A DNA stretch of 62,608 nt, filler included, from Sphacelaria rigidula (lineage: Eukaryota): NCBI GenBank assembly GCA_964200075.2. It is 5 parts of 5 records of this genome, joined end to end, with 100 filler letters (N's around TTAATTAATTAA, not from the genome) between each part and the next. Parts side by side here need not be neighbours in the genome. Positions count along the whole stretch, not along the records: positions 1 to 12,442 come from CAXNAA020003765.1; positions 12,543 to 24,984 come from CAXNAA020003766.1; positions 25,085 to 37,526 come from CAXNAA020003767.1; 2 more parts are not named here. The stretch is one strand, 5' to 3'. Of the stretch, positions 12,301-25,100 are shown piece after piece. Under the pieces are notes generated by a model that saw only the letters and a list, made by a program, of their open reading frames with translations, did not search any database and had not been told where the DNA came from. The translations under genes and the position numbers were made by a program. Positions within the stretch are counted from its first letter, which is position 1. Every line of letters starts with the position of its first letter.

Positions 12301-12442
12301 CCTGCTGCAGAGGGTACATTCCTGTACTGCTCGCGACACAGCACCAGTGGATGCGTATTGCCCAGAGTTCGCCGTACCATTCGCCCGAGTGACACGGCGC
12401 CGATAAGCGCGGTATGTGCTACAACGGCGTTCTCGGCGGTAG

Positions 12443-12542
12443 NNNNNNNNNNNNNNNNNNNNNNNNNNNNNNNNNNNNNNNNNNNNTTAATTAATTAANN
12501 NNNNNNNNNNNNNNNNNNNNNNNNNNNNNNNNNNNNNNNNNN
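12443..12542. other. Artificial linker N44-TTAATTAATTAA-N44 (also 24985-25084, 37527-37626, 50068-50167)
   Basis: Identical 100-nt spacer with stops in all six frames, recurring every 12,541-12,542 nt. Confidence 0.98.
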
Positions 12543-12612
12543 AAGATTTTAATCCTCCGGGTTCTCATCCTCAATGAAAAGCACCATCCTCAACATAGAT
12601 GATCGGCTGTTT
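12543..12612. repeat. ~70-bp dispersed repeat; copies at ~16311-16380 (same strand) and ~62549-62608 (opposite strand)
   Basis: TCATCCTCAATGAAAAGCACCATCCTCAACATAGATGATCGGCTGTT shared. Confidence 0.85.
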
Positions 12613-12971
12613 GAAGATATCATTATTAATCGAAGAAGGACCCGGGTAATATACACGCGCCAAAAAAGGGACCTAGGTTACACAACAACAGTATTACACG
12701 ATGACTGTGTACCTTGAGTCAGACATGAGATATTCGAAAAACCATCGGCAGGTATAATATGGTTGTCGAGTATCCATCTCTGTCTGCTCTTCAAGTACGT
12801 CTGATCCCCCCCGAGGAAACTTTTGCTGGCGTATGCCCGTCATGAGTGTCCTCGTTGCAGGGCTATATATTGCACCAGTATACCTCTCGCACCACGAAAT
12901 TACAGGCACCCAACACAAGCGGGTAACCGTTGTTCAGCCGAAGCCTCTACCGAGCCAGAGTCATCAAATGG

Positions 12972-13452
12972 GTGTGTGCTGTCATCCCATTCATTCTTGA
13001 TCGCACTCTATACCTTTCGGTATATATATGTGGGCGCGACAGCCGGGGTCACACTGGAGGAAGTTCATAAACTGCAGAAGATTTTTTTTCTTTTCCCTTC
13101 GTTTTGGGGGTTGTGTCTTATCGGGGCCAATAAAAAAGCGGAAACAGGAACAAGTGTCAAAAAGCAGCGTGTGCGCTTGTCATCCCAACCATAAACCCAT
13201 CCGGAGATCAACCAACATCCTGATTTCAGAGGCTTGCTCCTTTTCCCGCTTATTTTTTGGTCTCGATGAAGCACAGCCTTAGTACTGTACCTTCCTTCTG
13301 CAGTGCTTGCCTTACACTGCTTTCTGGCACAAGGAGGGTTTGATTCTGACTTTAGCTCCATCGTCGACCGTGAAGAAGTCGAATTTTGTGTACTCACGAC
13401 ATATAGTCGTTCTCCACTGCTGGGTAAGGTGTGAGAAAAAAACCAGATCGTG
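12972..13452 (-). mobile_element. Longer copy of the SINE-like/non-LTR 3'-end family, abutting a MITE at 13456
   Basis: First ~120 nt align with 955-1073; simple-repeat tail at the minus-strand 3' end. Extent beyond ~13090 is less certain. Confidence 0.45.
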
Positions 13453-13455
13453 TAA

Positions 13456-13649
13456 GGCCGTGTCTTATCAAATTGTTTTCGACTCGAAAACATACCGTGG
13501 AATCGAATTCGCTCGTTTCTGATTCGTCCACGCTTCTCATTTCCTTAGATGGTTGAGAACATGGATGCCGTGGACGTATCAGGTAGGAGCAAATTTGATT
13601 CCACCGTACGTTTTCGAGTCGAAAACAATTTAATTAATAAGACACGGCA
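13456..13649. mobile_element. PIF/Harbinger (Tourist-like) MITE, almost fully palindromic, TAA target duplication
   Basis: TAA|GGCCGTGTCTTAT..AAATTGTTTTCGACTCGAAAAC ... GTTTTCGAGTCGAAAACAATTT..ATAAGACACGGCA|TAA. Confidence 0.85.
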
Positions 13650-13669
13650 TAACTCCACCGAGATGTAAA

Positions 13670-13766
13670 CCATTAAATTCCAGTCTCCGGGCGCCATGAA
13701 GTTCCAGTCTATAGGCACCATAAAATTTCCCGTATACGGGCACCATGAAATTCCAGTCTGCGGACA
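13670..13766. repeat. Minisatellite, 4 x ~24 bp (CCATGAAATTCCAGTCTNCGGGCA)
   Basis: Units start at 13670, 13694, 13718 and 13743 with no spacers. Confidence 0.85.
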
Positions 13767-14050
13767 CTCCCCTGCTGATTTATTGCCGATGAAAGCGTGC
13801 GCCGAAAACGTGCGAGGCGCAGACAGACGCTGCCAAGTGCAGTGCGCCCTGTCATCGTGTGTGCGGCTCCGCCTCCTCTATACCTGGAGTTAATACAGAT
13901 ACGTAAAATATCAATCGCCCTTGTACCTCACTCACCCCGCACGCCATGTATGACGTGTCTTACCCGTCTACTTTTGATTGAAGAACATGGTTTTCCACAC
14001 GCCATTTCCACCTGCTACAACAAGTTCGCAATAAGCATGCGGTGGGTTAA

Positions 14051-14146
14051 CCCTTAGATCGTGAGGGTAGTCTATCTGGATCATCAATACTTTTTCCAAG
14101 TGGAATTGATGATGCCGATTCAACAGATGACCTGTGGTTTCAAGGG
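14051..14146. mobile_element. piggyBac-like MITE (~96 bp), inverted relative to the 15597 copy
   Basis: TTAA|CCCTTAGATCGTGAGG ... CAAGGG|TTGA; internal GATGCCGATTCAACAG shared with the family. Confidence 0.75.
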
Positions 14147-15596
14147 TTGACCGGAGAGTTGGGCTACACTCTGTTCATGGTCGCCACATTTTGCAACTAT
14201 CGCTAACCCTGATCCCCAACCCAAGGCATATGGAGAATCCTCGGGGAAGGGAGGTGCATGGGGTTCCCTACGCGAAGTGTGGCGTTGGTAGACCTTAAAT
14301 TTCGGACGAAAACGCGCTCTGCGCATGCTAGGAGCACACGGGACTGTCAAGCCCCAATTAAGACCCAATTCTAGTTGTTCTCACTCACATCAAGTATTTG
14401 TAGATTGTAGCCCAACTCCATTAACGCAACAATAGAGGAATTTCGGCTGATCTGCCGAATGACCCATGGTGGTCCGCAATCACCACGTTGTCCTGATGGC
14501 AAGTGCTTTATTCATAGATACGTCTCTGTGACTGTAACAATAAGTACGAAAGGGGTATGGAATAGTGCATGGGTTGGGATGGGTTCTCCTTTGTTCTGGG
14601 GGGTTGTGGACACGGGGGAGGAATCATTTCCGCTTACGACGGGTAAATCAGCTTTCGATACGTGTGTACGGTCGTACAGAGCCAGTCAGAGCACGCACGT
14701 AGCGAGTAGCACTAAACTATTGGGCAAGACGCTCATGCAGTAGTTCGCAGCTAACCTGCCACGGGGTCCAACAAGCGATCGATTCACTGAGCAAGTGCAC
14801 GTTTCTCCTTCTGACAGCTGCCACTCAAGGTATGACATTGCCGTAAAAATATTATCCATCCTGCCCAAAGCCCATCTGCATGACGATGTCGATGAAATAA
14901 TGATGATACGGATTCAGCACCAGAACGGTGCGGGTCAGAATGACGTACGTTAATGTCAATGTCGATACAATGCAGTGCAGTACAGACGGTGTACAGACCA
15001 TCGTACTACTACTGTATGGTTGTATTGTACCGCGGAGTCAGCAATAATCACCGCGTTGGTAGGTTCAGGTCGTGAAGTTGTACGGTAGCACGTGGTCTTT
15101 CATTGTGTACGCTCCCCAGGCACAGGAGATCCGTAGTAGAAACCGCCGTAGCAGTACCAAGGAATATGTTACTGCTGTGTACAATGGGCATCAGGCCCCA
15201 CGCCATGAAGCAAGAAAGGATTGGGGTGGCACACAGTCACTCAGTCGATGTTGTCACTACAGCCGCAACGTGCGGGACGGGCTGATCTTCGATATAAACC
15301 AATTGTCAGATGTTCAACCGCAGTGAGGAAGAATCTGGTCGGCGGCAAAATACAAAAAACCCACCTGCGGTCAAAACGACGACGCGACTCCCTTCCGTGC
15401 GGTCACAACGATTACCCTTCTCGCCCTCGCGGGGGTTGCGGATGTGCTGCCACCACGACTGTAACCTCTCGTCCCACCGGAGTGTTCGTGCCAAGTCCTC
15501 AGGTGGGGGACGAGCTTGATGTGTAACTACAAATTTCGGCGCAAAACTTCAAAAAATTTGTTTTTCGGAAGGTGGGTGCCTTGAAGCAGGGTTTAA

Positions 15597-15695
15597 CCCT
15601 TAGACCGCGAGGTTAGTCTCCTGTTGAATCGGCATCAGTTTCAAGTGAAAAAGAAGTATGCATGATCCAGAAAGACTAATCTCGTGGTCCAAGGG
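15597..15695. mobile_element. piggyBac-like MITE (99 bp) with TTAA target duplication
   Basis: TTAA|CCCTTAGACCGCGAGGTTAGTCT ... AGACTAATCTCGTGGTCCAAGGG|TTAA; 23-bp TIR with 3 mismatches; CCC/GGG termini. Confidence 0.87.
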
Positions 15696-18600
15696 TTAAC
15701 CCGACCCCATCTTCTCTTGAAACCAGGAAACATCATGCAGCATTTCCGGGTGCATATTTGTAGGGGTCGTTATCTTAATTTTTTTACCTTTGACCCGAGG
15801 AAATAGATAGACCGAGGGATACGAAAGAAATTGAATGAAGATATTAAGGGAGGTACATTATAGTGTCTCAAACGCGAGGTTGCCGGTGTGGATGTTCGCG
15901 GGAGCGGGAGATTGCCTGACAAGCGGATGAACAGGGGAAGTTGCATGGGTTTTTCCTTGAAGACGAATGAATGTGCAACCGCCGAGACCTCCTCCTGGCC
16001 AATCATGAAGAGTTTGCGCATGAAGCTTTCAATGTTGTGCTCTCTAGTGACGCATGTAGTGCCAACTCCCAAACACGTGAAACGAAACACTCGAAGGATT
16101 TGGTAGTATATTTTTGGCGCACCCCTGCCCGTATCCTTGTCCGCTCTGTGTGTTCTTGAGTACTGAACGCTGTGCCCACATATTCTTCATCGTCCAGGAC
16201 CTCCAAATTTCGGGAGTCGGAACTAAAATTCGTACAGCGTATGACAGCTGCCAATAGCTACAAGCAGATGAAGAAATGGAACCATGTCTCGAAGAATTTA
16301 TGTGGATGCAAAGAATTCAACTCTCTGGCTTTTCATCCTCAATGAAAAGCTCCATCCTCGAAATGGATGATCGGCTGTTGAGACAGGAATGAACCCAGAA
16401 ACAAAGTAGAACACAAACAGGGATCAGATTCGGAGCTACCCGTCAGCTACAGTCAGGCAGATAAGGAAACTGTCGGTAGGAGACGACAGGAGTACCATTT
16501 CCACCCCCCTCCTCCTCGTCCCCTCGTCTAAGCTCCCATTCCAATATGGAAAATTGGCACCGTCGAAAGTCAGCACCAATGACAGCATAAAAGTTGGCGC
16601 AAACACACTCCCAATGTCGCACACATTACAGCTGGACTGCACTGCTGAATTTGCTGTTGTTGGAGCTGCAGTGACAAGGCCAGATGGTAGGATGTGGAAC
16701 CGTGGCCCAAAACCGTTGATGAAGCTGGTGTTTTCTCCATCCTTTCCCGCGGAAAATGGGAAAGCCGATGGAGGGTTTCCAAAATCCGCCCCACTGTACT
16801 GTAGACCTGGCCTTATGGGTGAGTCGGGCGTAGCGAATGGGGGCTATATCTGGACCGATTGTTGTCCTGTTCGGACGCTATAATTCATCATACCTGAGCA
16901 GGCCATACCTTGTAAATCTACCCGACATAAAGGTACTTACAGGGGTAAACATACACGCGAGAACAGGTATGCCTGGTTTTTTTGCGCCATAATATGGAAC
17001 CAATAGTATGATGAACGGAATGGTGTCATCATTTATCCGCAGTTCGAAACTAGCGTCAAGTTGACCGGTATTCTTTCACACAAAAGCACTGTTCTGAACT
17101 GACAGCACTGTTTCCTGCTGTGGACGAAAGGCGTCTCGGTAGTAAGCTTCGTACGGTGTTGACAATGTTCGTCTTCGATACTCCCCTGCCGCTCAATATA
17201 GCATCGCGGCGCACAGCTCTGGTTCATACGCGAACATTCTTGGACGCAGCAACTCAGTTGGCTGGAAGATGCCTGGAGCAGGGACACAAAGGCGCATCCA
17301 GTACGACAGTCAGCCTTCGAGAATGCACGCAGGCATCAAGTATTCGACACATCAAGCCCAACACGTTCACGATTGCGGCTGCAAAAACGCAACACCATTG
17401 CGGGGTTATTACAAAATATTTCTTCAAGGTCATCACACTCAATACGACACCATCGCCCGCAATTCCAATTCGCAAATCCTCTGGGTTGTTGGCGATCGAT
17501 AAGTACCTACGGCGGGGGCCCGCTCGTGCAATAAAAGCGCACGCGTCTGCCTTCCAAATCAGAAAACTACAGAATCTGAAATTAGAAACTCGGTCTTGTT
17601 CACTTGGAGCTAGAGCTCATGCCCAACCGGTATAATCTCAAGGTTCACAGAAAAAAGAAATGCGTTGGGCGGGCACTTACTGGTTGGGGCCATGATACTT
17701 TAGGGTGGTGCTATATCCCGTACCCACAAACTCTAGGGGAGTGTTTGCTCAGTATGAATGAGCAGATGTTGGCAGGGGGGGCACTTCAGGGTTCCGCAAT
17801 GATACTCTGGAGGGAGTGCGATACTTTGTAGTCACAAACAAACTTCAGGGGTGTTATCCCCGGTGATTGAAACGTCGAGGAGTTTTGACCTCATTATATA
17901 GAGACACACCTACGTTGAAATTTGCAATAACAAAAAACGACGAGGGGACGAATAGACGAACACAAATCGTAACACGCTCCTGAACTTCCGTTTGCCGTTT
18001 GTTAGCAGGAACTGGAAATGGGTAAAAAAGGGGAATGATGTGAACTACTTCACGCTACAGGGCTACGCGTACTCACAGGCAATGTGCTTTGCGACACTGC
18101 AGTAACGGTGACGGTGGTGAAGTGCGGTTGTACTTGCTCCAGTTGGGGATGCTCCTGCAAAGCGACGATATTGCTAAGGTGTGTACTCAGTACATGGACG
18201 CGATTAAGATGAGGGTGACGAAGCTGGAGGCGCGCGTGGCTCATCAACGATTGTCACCTCGGAGTGAAATGTTGGGCGTGTATTATGTAAGAGCATGTGA
18301 ACTTCAGTTCACCAAAAGGCGGGAATGGAGACCACTTAACCGCCATTCAAATATGTCTTGCAAGGCGCAAGCTTCACGACGTATCCCGCCAGCTGACCTC
18401 CGTTTTTGGCAAGTGTCGCACTCAGGAGTTGATCGTCATGATCCTGAAAACGAACGTCTCCTGTTACGTCGCTTGAATGCAGCGAATCGCATCACGTTCC
18501 GCCATACCTCCTCGGAGGGCGCATGGGCTCGCGGTGAAGGTTTCGTCGCCACCTAGACACACAAAATCAAGCAGTGAAGTACATGTTGTACCCTGCTGTG

Positions 18601-19672
18601 AAAGTCTCGTGTGGCATAGTAGTGTTGCACCACAGTATCAACATATTGCTACGAATGGGCTGCGCCAGTGTTGAAACGTCTGATATGACATCGTGAGCGT
18701 GCACTACCCCCATGTGCCGTCCTACATGTTTGCCATGGCAGCAGCCCGCGGACAAAGGGCGGTATACCCTCTTACTATCAGAGTTGACGTTACGGCTCGG
18801 GACTGGGAACATTACTCAGCGGTCAGTGTAAAAAAAAATGTCAATATGTTACAATATATTGGCAATGATGATCCGCGACATCAATACAACAGTATATTGT
18901 CACGCATGTTGTTGATCGTTATCCACCGACTGTTCACTTGTCATTGTGTCACGCATGTTGTTGTCATCGCCTAGTCTATATGGTGGTCTGCAGGGGCTTG
19001 CACACAGTAGCGCAGCCCCCAGCGGGAAAGCGCGAGAACGAAGACACCCCCAGCAGCGTTTTGGTCTCACAACGCATAGACCGCATACTCCAGTAGATGA
19101 CTCTTAACATGACGTATTTTTTGCTCACATTCTTCATGCCTCATTCTTCTCGGCCAAGTCCAACTTCGTGCGCGTACAACGATACCCTTGGGCGGTCAGT
19201 AAAAAAATTGACTTTAGCGAGAGACGAAGCCGACAGGTGTTTTAAATTTCTCCGGCAGGGTCTCGCCTGCGGGGGGTATCATTTGGACTCGGGCTACATC
19301 CTCACGTGGTGGCTGTCAAAGCACCAACGGATCGCGATATTTTGGCTTCGCCGATTCGCCGATTCGCCGACGATGAATTTGTATAATGGAGGACAAATTC
19401 AAAACATACTGTGCTGATGAAATGGGAGAATATATAGCCCTCGATAACATAGGGTACCCGTTGGAATTTCGGAGCAACAATACCTTTTCCCTGACTCAAA
19501 TTCAGCGTACGATACCTCACTCAGACCAGAGCTTGGGGAGGAATCTCCCCCACGTCTCGATGGTCAAAGAAATGAGTACCACAACATCGGCGGCGGCAGA
19601 CAAGCAGCTACACCATTGAGCTCTCAATACTTACCCATGGGAACACCGAAGTCAGGGGCAGCACCGGCGACT

Positions 19673-19748
19673 CGATTGATTGATTAACTGGTCGTTTTCC
19701 ATCAACTGGTCCCTTACGAACCCAGCCGTGGTCACAAGACGACGTACC
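19673..19748 (-). repeat. Dispersed repeat with ACCACGGCTGG core and (CAAT)n-like tail; related copies ~24015-24080 (-), 39165-39220, 39630-39720, 43100-43220 (+)
   Basis: Shared GT(G/C)ACCACGGCTGGRT core followed ~35 nt later by TCAATCAATC-like tails; resembles truncated non-LTR 3' ends. Confidence 0.55.
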
Positions 19749-19825
19749 CTAGGTTGCTGCCCTTTACATGTGCTTCACCACACACACCAGCACTTGTGTT
19801 CTTGCGAGACGGCCGATATACATAC

Positions 19826-22800
19826 CTCGAACAAACCCGGCTTCGGTGAGTAGCCAATCAGCTCTGGTAGCACCAAAAGATTTACCACATCCACCATCAT
19901 TGTGTCGTACATCTCGTCCTCTTGTTTCATGTTTTGCTCCGAGCTTTGCAGCCCCGGGAGGCGATTCACTGCCAGGGATACACGCACAACACAGAAACAC
20001 GGAGCTCTCTACTTGAAAAGGAAGCAAGCAAGCTAGCTCCACACTTTGCAGGAGTTATTCGGCAGACGGACTTCTTTTATCGGCACAACTATCCGCATTC
20101 TGGATAGGGTTACCGGCAGCGAACGAGAGTCTAAAGGTACTTTACTTTCCAAGGAATGACTAATCGTGGTCTAACCCGTGCAGGACCCCGCATCCCAATG
20201 TTCACCTACAAGTGAGCGTCACAGTTGGCCTTCCTTCAGTGTGAAACCAACTCTGAACGGCATCACTGGCTTTCTCTGGCTTGCTCTGAACCACTGCCAT
20301 TGAGGTTTCACTTAGTAACGATGGGGTCATTCCATTTTTTTTCGAACTGAACTCGGCACTTGGTTCATGGACCGTTCTTTTGGTTCTTTGTTCAGCATGA
20401 ACCGGTCCAGAACATGCTGAGCCGTTCTACTTGCTTCTGCACGCTCATCTGGTATGAACGGTTCGTTACATACGATGCTTCACTGCACGCCTTGCGCGAG
20501 CACATGACTCCACGCAAAAATAACGTGATGAGAACTTCGCAGACATGTTTATTGGAAACGGCGTGGACGCTTATATCGTTGCTGGGGATAACCTGGGTAT
20601 CGACAACTTGATCATTAACCAACCCGTAACCACGGTGTCACCGTTTGGAATATCAGGGCGCAGGAAATTCACACGAGGATCCAATGCTGCCAAGACTCCC
20701 TTGGTAGGCATCGCTCACGTCGGTCCACAGCGACATGCAGCCTCGACAACATCGAACACCCCTAGAGTTGATCGAGGGTCAAATCGATCAACGACTACAT
20801 GGACACGATACCTTCAATGAGCCAGACCCCGCCCATTTCATCGGCGAGGACATCCAATCCTAAGAACTCGAAGTGCCCCGTGCCGGCCTGGTGTTCCATA
20901 AACGGCTCTGCTGCTTCCACTAGCGAACGCAACAGCTCCAGCATCCGTGGCCACAACGAGGGAAATTCGGACGGGATGTCGCACGGTACCTGTTGCAGTA
21001 GGCGGCCGTATAGAAGGTATGTGTGCATACAAGGTATCAATCGGCGGGCAGTTTTCGGTTTCATGGAGCATACTCCGGAATATGATGGATATCACACGGG
21101 TTTTTGCCTGATCAGGCTCGGGGGGGGGAGAGGGGAAGACCTACTCATTTTAATTCTAGATACTATTGACCCCCCTGGTCTGCCTCAGCTGGAAACTTGG
21201 AGTGAATATATCACCTCCAGTTCGCAAGGCAACATGATACTCTACTGTCTGGGGTTGCTCGCGGATGAGAATCCATCTACGCGCATATCTCAGCATCAGC
21301 TCGCGCAAGATATCCCCGAACGGCTGCGACATCTCCGCATAAGCTAGTAAGCGGAGAGGATGAACATCACATGCGTATTGACTGCGGAGACATTACCCGT
21401 CTGCGTGGAAAGAGAACGCGATGTTCCACAAACACACCGGAGAAAATCTTGGAAGCACCGGCCTCCACGTTCCCGGTTAGGAGCTGGCGTCCAGCCGGTC
21501 CGACTAACGAAAACGTGAAGGATGCGACCAAAGAACACGCCCCAATACGTTGTCGGTACCGGCTACGGCCGGCTAGCAGCTGCTGACAACGCTTGCAGTG
21601 GAGTTTCCGTAGCACCCCGATCGGATCATGATCGGCGTGCGCACGACCTCGAAGACGCGCAGAAGCACATCGAATCCCCACACACTTTGGGGTGTGAAGC
21701 AATACCCGCCATTAAAGTAATTGCTCCTACGGACTGCTTTTTTTCAGCTACACTCATCATGTGCGTGACCCTCGCAGGTACTGCTTCGTTGCGCTGTACT
21801 TTGCCGTAGAGTATTGCACAGCAGTGCCGCGTGTAATGCTGCAGTTTACCTGTGGGAAGACGGGTACGATACTGTCTACCCTGCAACACGTACACAGCAA
21901 ACTAGGGGTGAGCTAAGGTGCCTTGTTGCTGTCTAGAAACAGCCAAATTTGTACACGTATTTAAATGGTATCGTGTGCATGCGCGTGCAACAACGCCAAC
22001 CTGCTCTGTGCTCACGCAGTGGATACCGCACGGTACACGACTGTGATGAAAACCACCGTGAAACCACTTACAGTCCACGTTGACGCTTCAACGTGTTTCG
22101 ACCGTACAATAAAGCAAGGCTGAGACAAGATATGTGCTCCCGATGCATTACTTTCCCGCACATGAAAATTTTTCGATACACTCCCAAACAGCTTCTCTGG
22201 TACAGCAGGGCGAGTTGGGACATCATGCACGACGAGCAAAATCGTCTCATCATTCATGGACACTAGCTAGACACTGGGGAATTCCGCCGGAAATTTTGGC
22301 ATCATGTGCTGAAGGAACTGCGCTGCGCTTTAGACGGAGAACTATGCCCCAAAATGCAATGCAAGTGCGCACACATTACCGCGTAACCTTCAGGAACCTG
22401 AGGCCACAAACCTGCCCCGGATGCCCTTTCGTATGCTTGTTAACAGCCAGGTTGCTGATGTGGACCAGATCATCCGCTAAACCCGTCTCCGCCTTTGCTC
22501 CACGCCCTAGCGTGTACGGACGACTGGCGCACAGAATGTAGGCTCGTCGGTACAGCCATGACGACAGATCGGCGGAGAGTGTTGCGTAACACCGGAAGTG
22601 AAACTTCCTGCCTCGCCAAAGCAGTGGTCTCGCCACGTATCGCTGCTCGGTTTTAAAAACGTACAACATAGTGTTTTTGTCAGTGCATACGAAGACAACG
22701 CAACTGTCAGCGGGTGTCGACATGGGAAATATATAAGTGATTCATCTGGTTGGTACACATGAACAATTTACATTCACGTGCTATAGACGCCCATCAAACC

Positions 22801-23365
22801 ACACCGACGTCGGGAAATGGCTGAGCGCTCACAAACGGCACAACAACAAAAACAACAACGACCATCCATTTGACGTCTGAAAATAATCGATGGTGACATA
22901 CATGTGAAAAAGAAAAACCATTGATTTGACGCATGAAAATATACTGCCAGAAATAAAAGTCAATCCAAAACATGAGAACCTCAACATGTTATACAACACA
23001 ACGTTTTCTGGTAACAAGTGCGATCGCCAACTGCTGCACACCTGGATGACGTATTCTTCGGTCTCATGGAGCTGCTCCACCACCGCCATCCAGTTCCCCT
23101 CATCCATCACCCACACATCCATGCCCCCATTGCCCCCTGAAGCCTTGACACACCACCAGTCCCCCTCCAGCTCTCCACCCGCTGAGTGCTGCAATTGCGC
23201 TTTGCTGCCTTGTTCTGGCGGCTGTAAGATTTTGGTACTGTCGGGTCGAAACCTAAGGTTGGCCCAGCGATCGACTTCCGTCCGACCGGCCGCGATGTAT
23301 GACTCAAGAGTAGGTGCTGTCATTAAACGTTGCAGATGTACGAGATTTGCTTTATCCTCCAAAAC
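19826..23365 (-). CDS. Tubulin-tyrosine ligase-like (TTL/TTLL ATP-grasp) protein, partial: exons 23365-23042, 22642-22412, 20989-20812, 19968-19826
   Basis: GT-AG exons splice in frame: VLEDKANL..WWCVKASGGNGGMDVWV..YVIQ|RYVARPLLWRGRKFHFRCY..VHISNLAVNK..|..FEFLGLDVLADEMGGVWLIE|VNRLPGL. These are the TTL-family motifs (W-x-x-K, Q-x-Y..P-L-L..KF, H-x-x-N, G-x-D, WLxEVN..P). 5' exons and the true stop were not found. Confidence 0.9.
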
Positions 23366-24724
23366 CTGTTACGCAATACGTTCACGAGAACCATCAGTGG
23401 TCAAGGATTCAAGCTGTTTATTATCCTCCGGCAGCAACTTCCTCCGAATTCGCTAACGCCTCCCACAATTATGATGCAGAGGGCGTTGGGGTCCCGATCA
23501 AAGTACCTAGAGCACACGCCTATTCTGAGATAAAGGGGACAGATAACTTTCCACTCGTGAGCTATACCACCACCCACCTACCCACCTACCCACCTACTCC
23601 ACCCTCGCACTAATGTTTGGGGCAAAATGCGGATTTTTCACACGTGTTTTCAGGCCAACTATGTATTCCTCACAGCAATTTTCCGAGCCAAATATGATTT
23701 CTCACAGTCCAAGCAGGACTGAGGCATAATATGCAATTGTTCGGGACAAATGCGGGTTATAATAGTTGCTTCCAAGCCGAATACGTATTTCTCAGAGTCA
23801 AGGCCGCATCCGAGTATGGTTTTTTCGTGGATAACGAAGTTAAAACAACTGCGATATGGTGGGAGTCGACGCACTTCGATATGATCCCCCGTCCCCCCTC
23901 GCCCCTGTTTTGTTTTTCCGATTTGGGCGATTTCGGGGTATAGCTGCTGAGCAATCTGGCTACGCTTTCTTTTTCTGGGACAGCTAGGCATATAATGCGA
24001 TTATATTTATCGTGATTTGATTGTCACACATCAATGGATTCTTGAGGGACCCAGCCGTGATCACACGATAGACATACCCGAGGCAAACAAAATGAAAACA
24101 AGCGCTAGGGAAAACGCCGAAAAGGGGGGGGGAAACAGAAAACATGAACAAGAGAGTAGGCGAAGAAAGTGAAGCGAACGGGAAAAAGGCAAGAAAAGGA
24201 AAGAAAAGGCAAGGGACAAATAAAAGCAAGAGGAGGCAAACATACATGTATTAATAGTGCCGGTGTTAATGAAAACAAGATGATAAACGAAAAATGGCGT
24301 GCTCCGGCCGAATGGCTTCCCGGGAGGAAGCCGTGCGAAACTCCTGCAGCAAACCAGGTGTGTGTGAAATCGTCCGCAATTGACTCCGAAAACGTGGTGG
24401 CACCTTTCGACACGTGTGAAAATAATCTAAGTAAACGATACACAACTATGGTTCTGATGCCAAATTGCATGTGATCACACTCCACTGCAATGGGCTACGA
24501 TGTCAGATCTCGGCCAACGCACGGGCTGCCTCCCCACAACATGTAAAATGTACCGCTTGAGTACCTAGTCATCACGGATTACTTGAGGTTTACAGCACTC
24601 GCATCGTTCAGCACCGACGGATGGGTCCTTGAGTATGACCCTCGCTTTTTAGAATCGATATTATATCGATTCAACTGACCGACAGCCCTGGGCGATCAAA
24701 GTGTTGGAGCTGACACTCTCGTCC

Positions 24725-24908
24725 GGCGGATCTGGCAAACTGAAGATGTACCAGGACATAACTTACTTAATTCAATTTGCGGGCGACGCCCGCATCACAC
24801 GTCGGATCTCACACACACAGATAAGGGTAACCCGAAGTGAATTGAAAGAAGCGCCACTATGGCCGAGCGTTCAAACTCGGCACTTGCCCAAAATTGAGGA
24901 CCTGTCCA
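24725..24908. repeat. ~185-bp dispersed repeat; opposite-strand copy at ~52763-52936
   Basis: GAAGATGTACCA.GAC...CCCGCATCAC...AGGGTAACCC.AAGTGAATTGA.AGAAGCGC.ACTATGGCCGAG.GTTCAAACTCGG shared; explains the similar ORFs 24701..25036 and 52562..53011. Confidence 0.85.
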
Positions 24909-25100
24909 ACAACAGGGGTGTGTTCATGATCATGCATGCCATAGTCATACGACCATTGACCTCGCATCCCTACAATGCCGGGACNNNNNNNNNNNNNNNN
25001 NNNNNNNNNNNNNNNNNNNNNNNNNNNNTTAATTAATTAANNNNNNNNNNNNNNNNNNNNNNNNNNNNNNNNNNNNNNNNNNNNGTGTGGGTGGAGACGG

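Noticed and set aside
13670-13766. Possible CRISPR-like array of ~24-bp repeats (also considered 820-1316 and 36740-36995)
   Set aside because: Units are contiguous or irregular and degenerate, with no unique equal-length spacers, no cas genes, and a eukaryotic context.
24701-24984. Similar ORFs 24701..25036 and 52562..53011 as paralogous genes
   Set aside because: Similarity is confined to a ~185-bp interspersed repeat, with many non-conservative changes and no shared start or stop.
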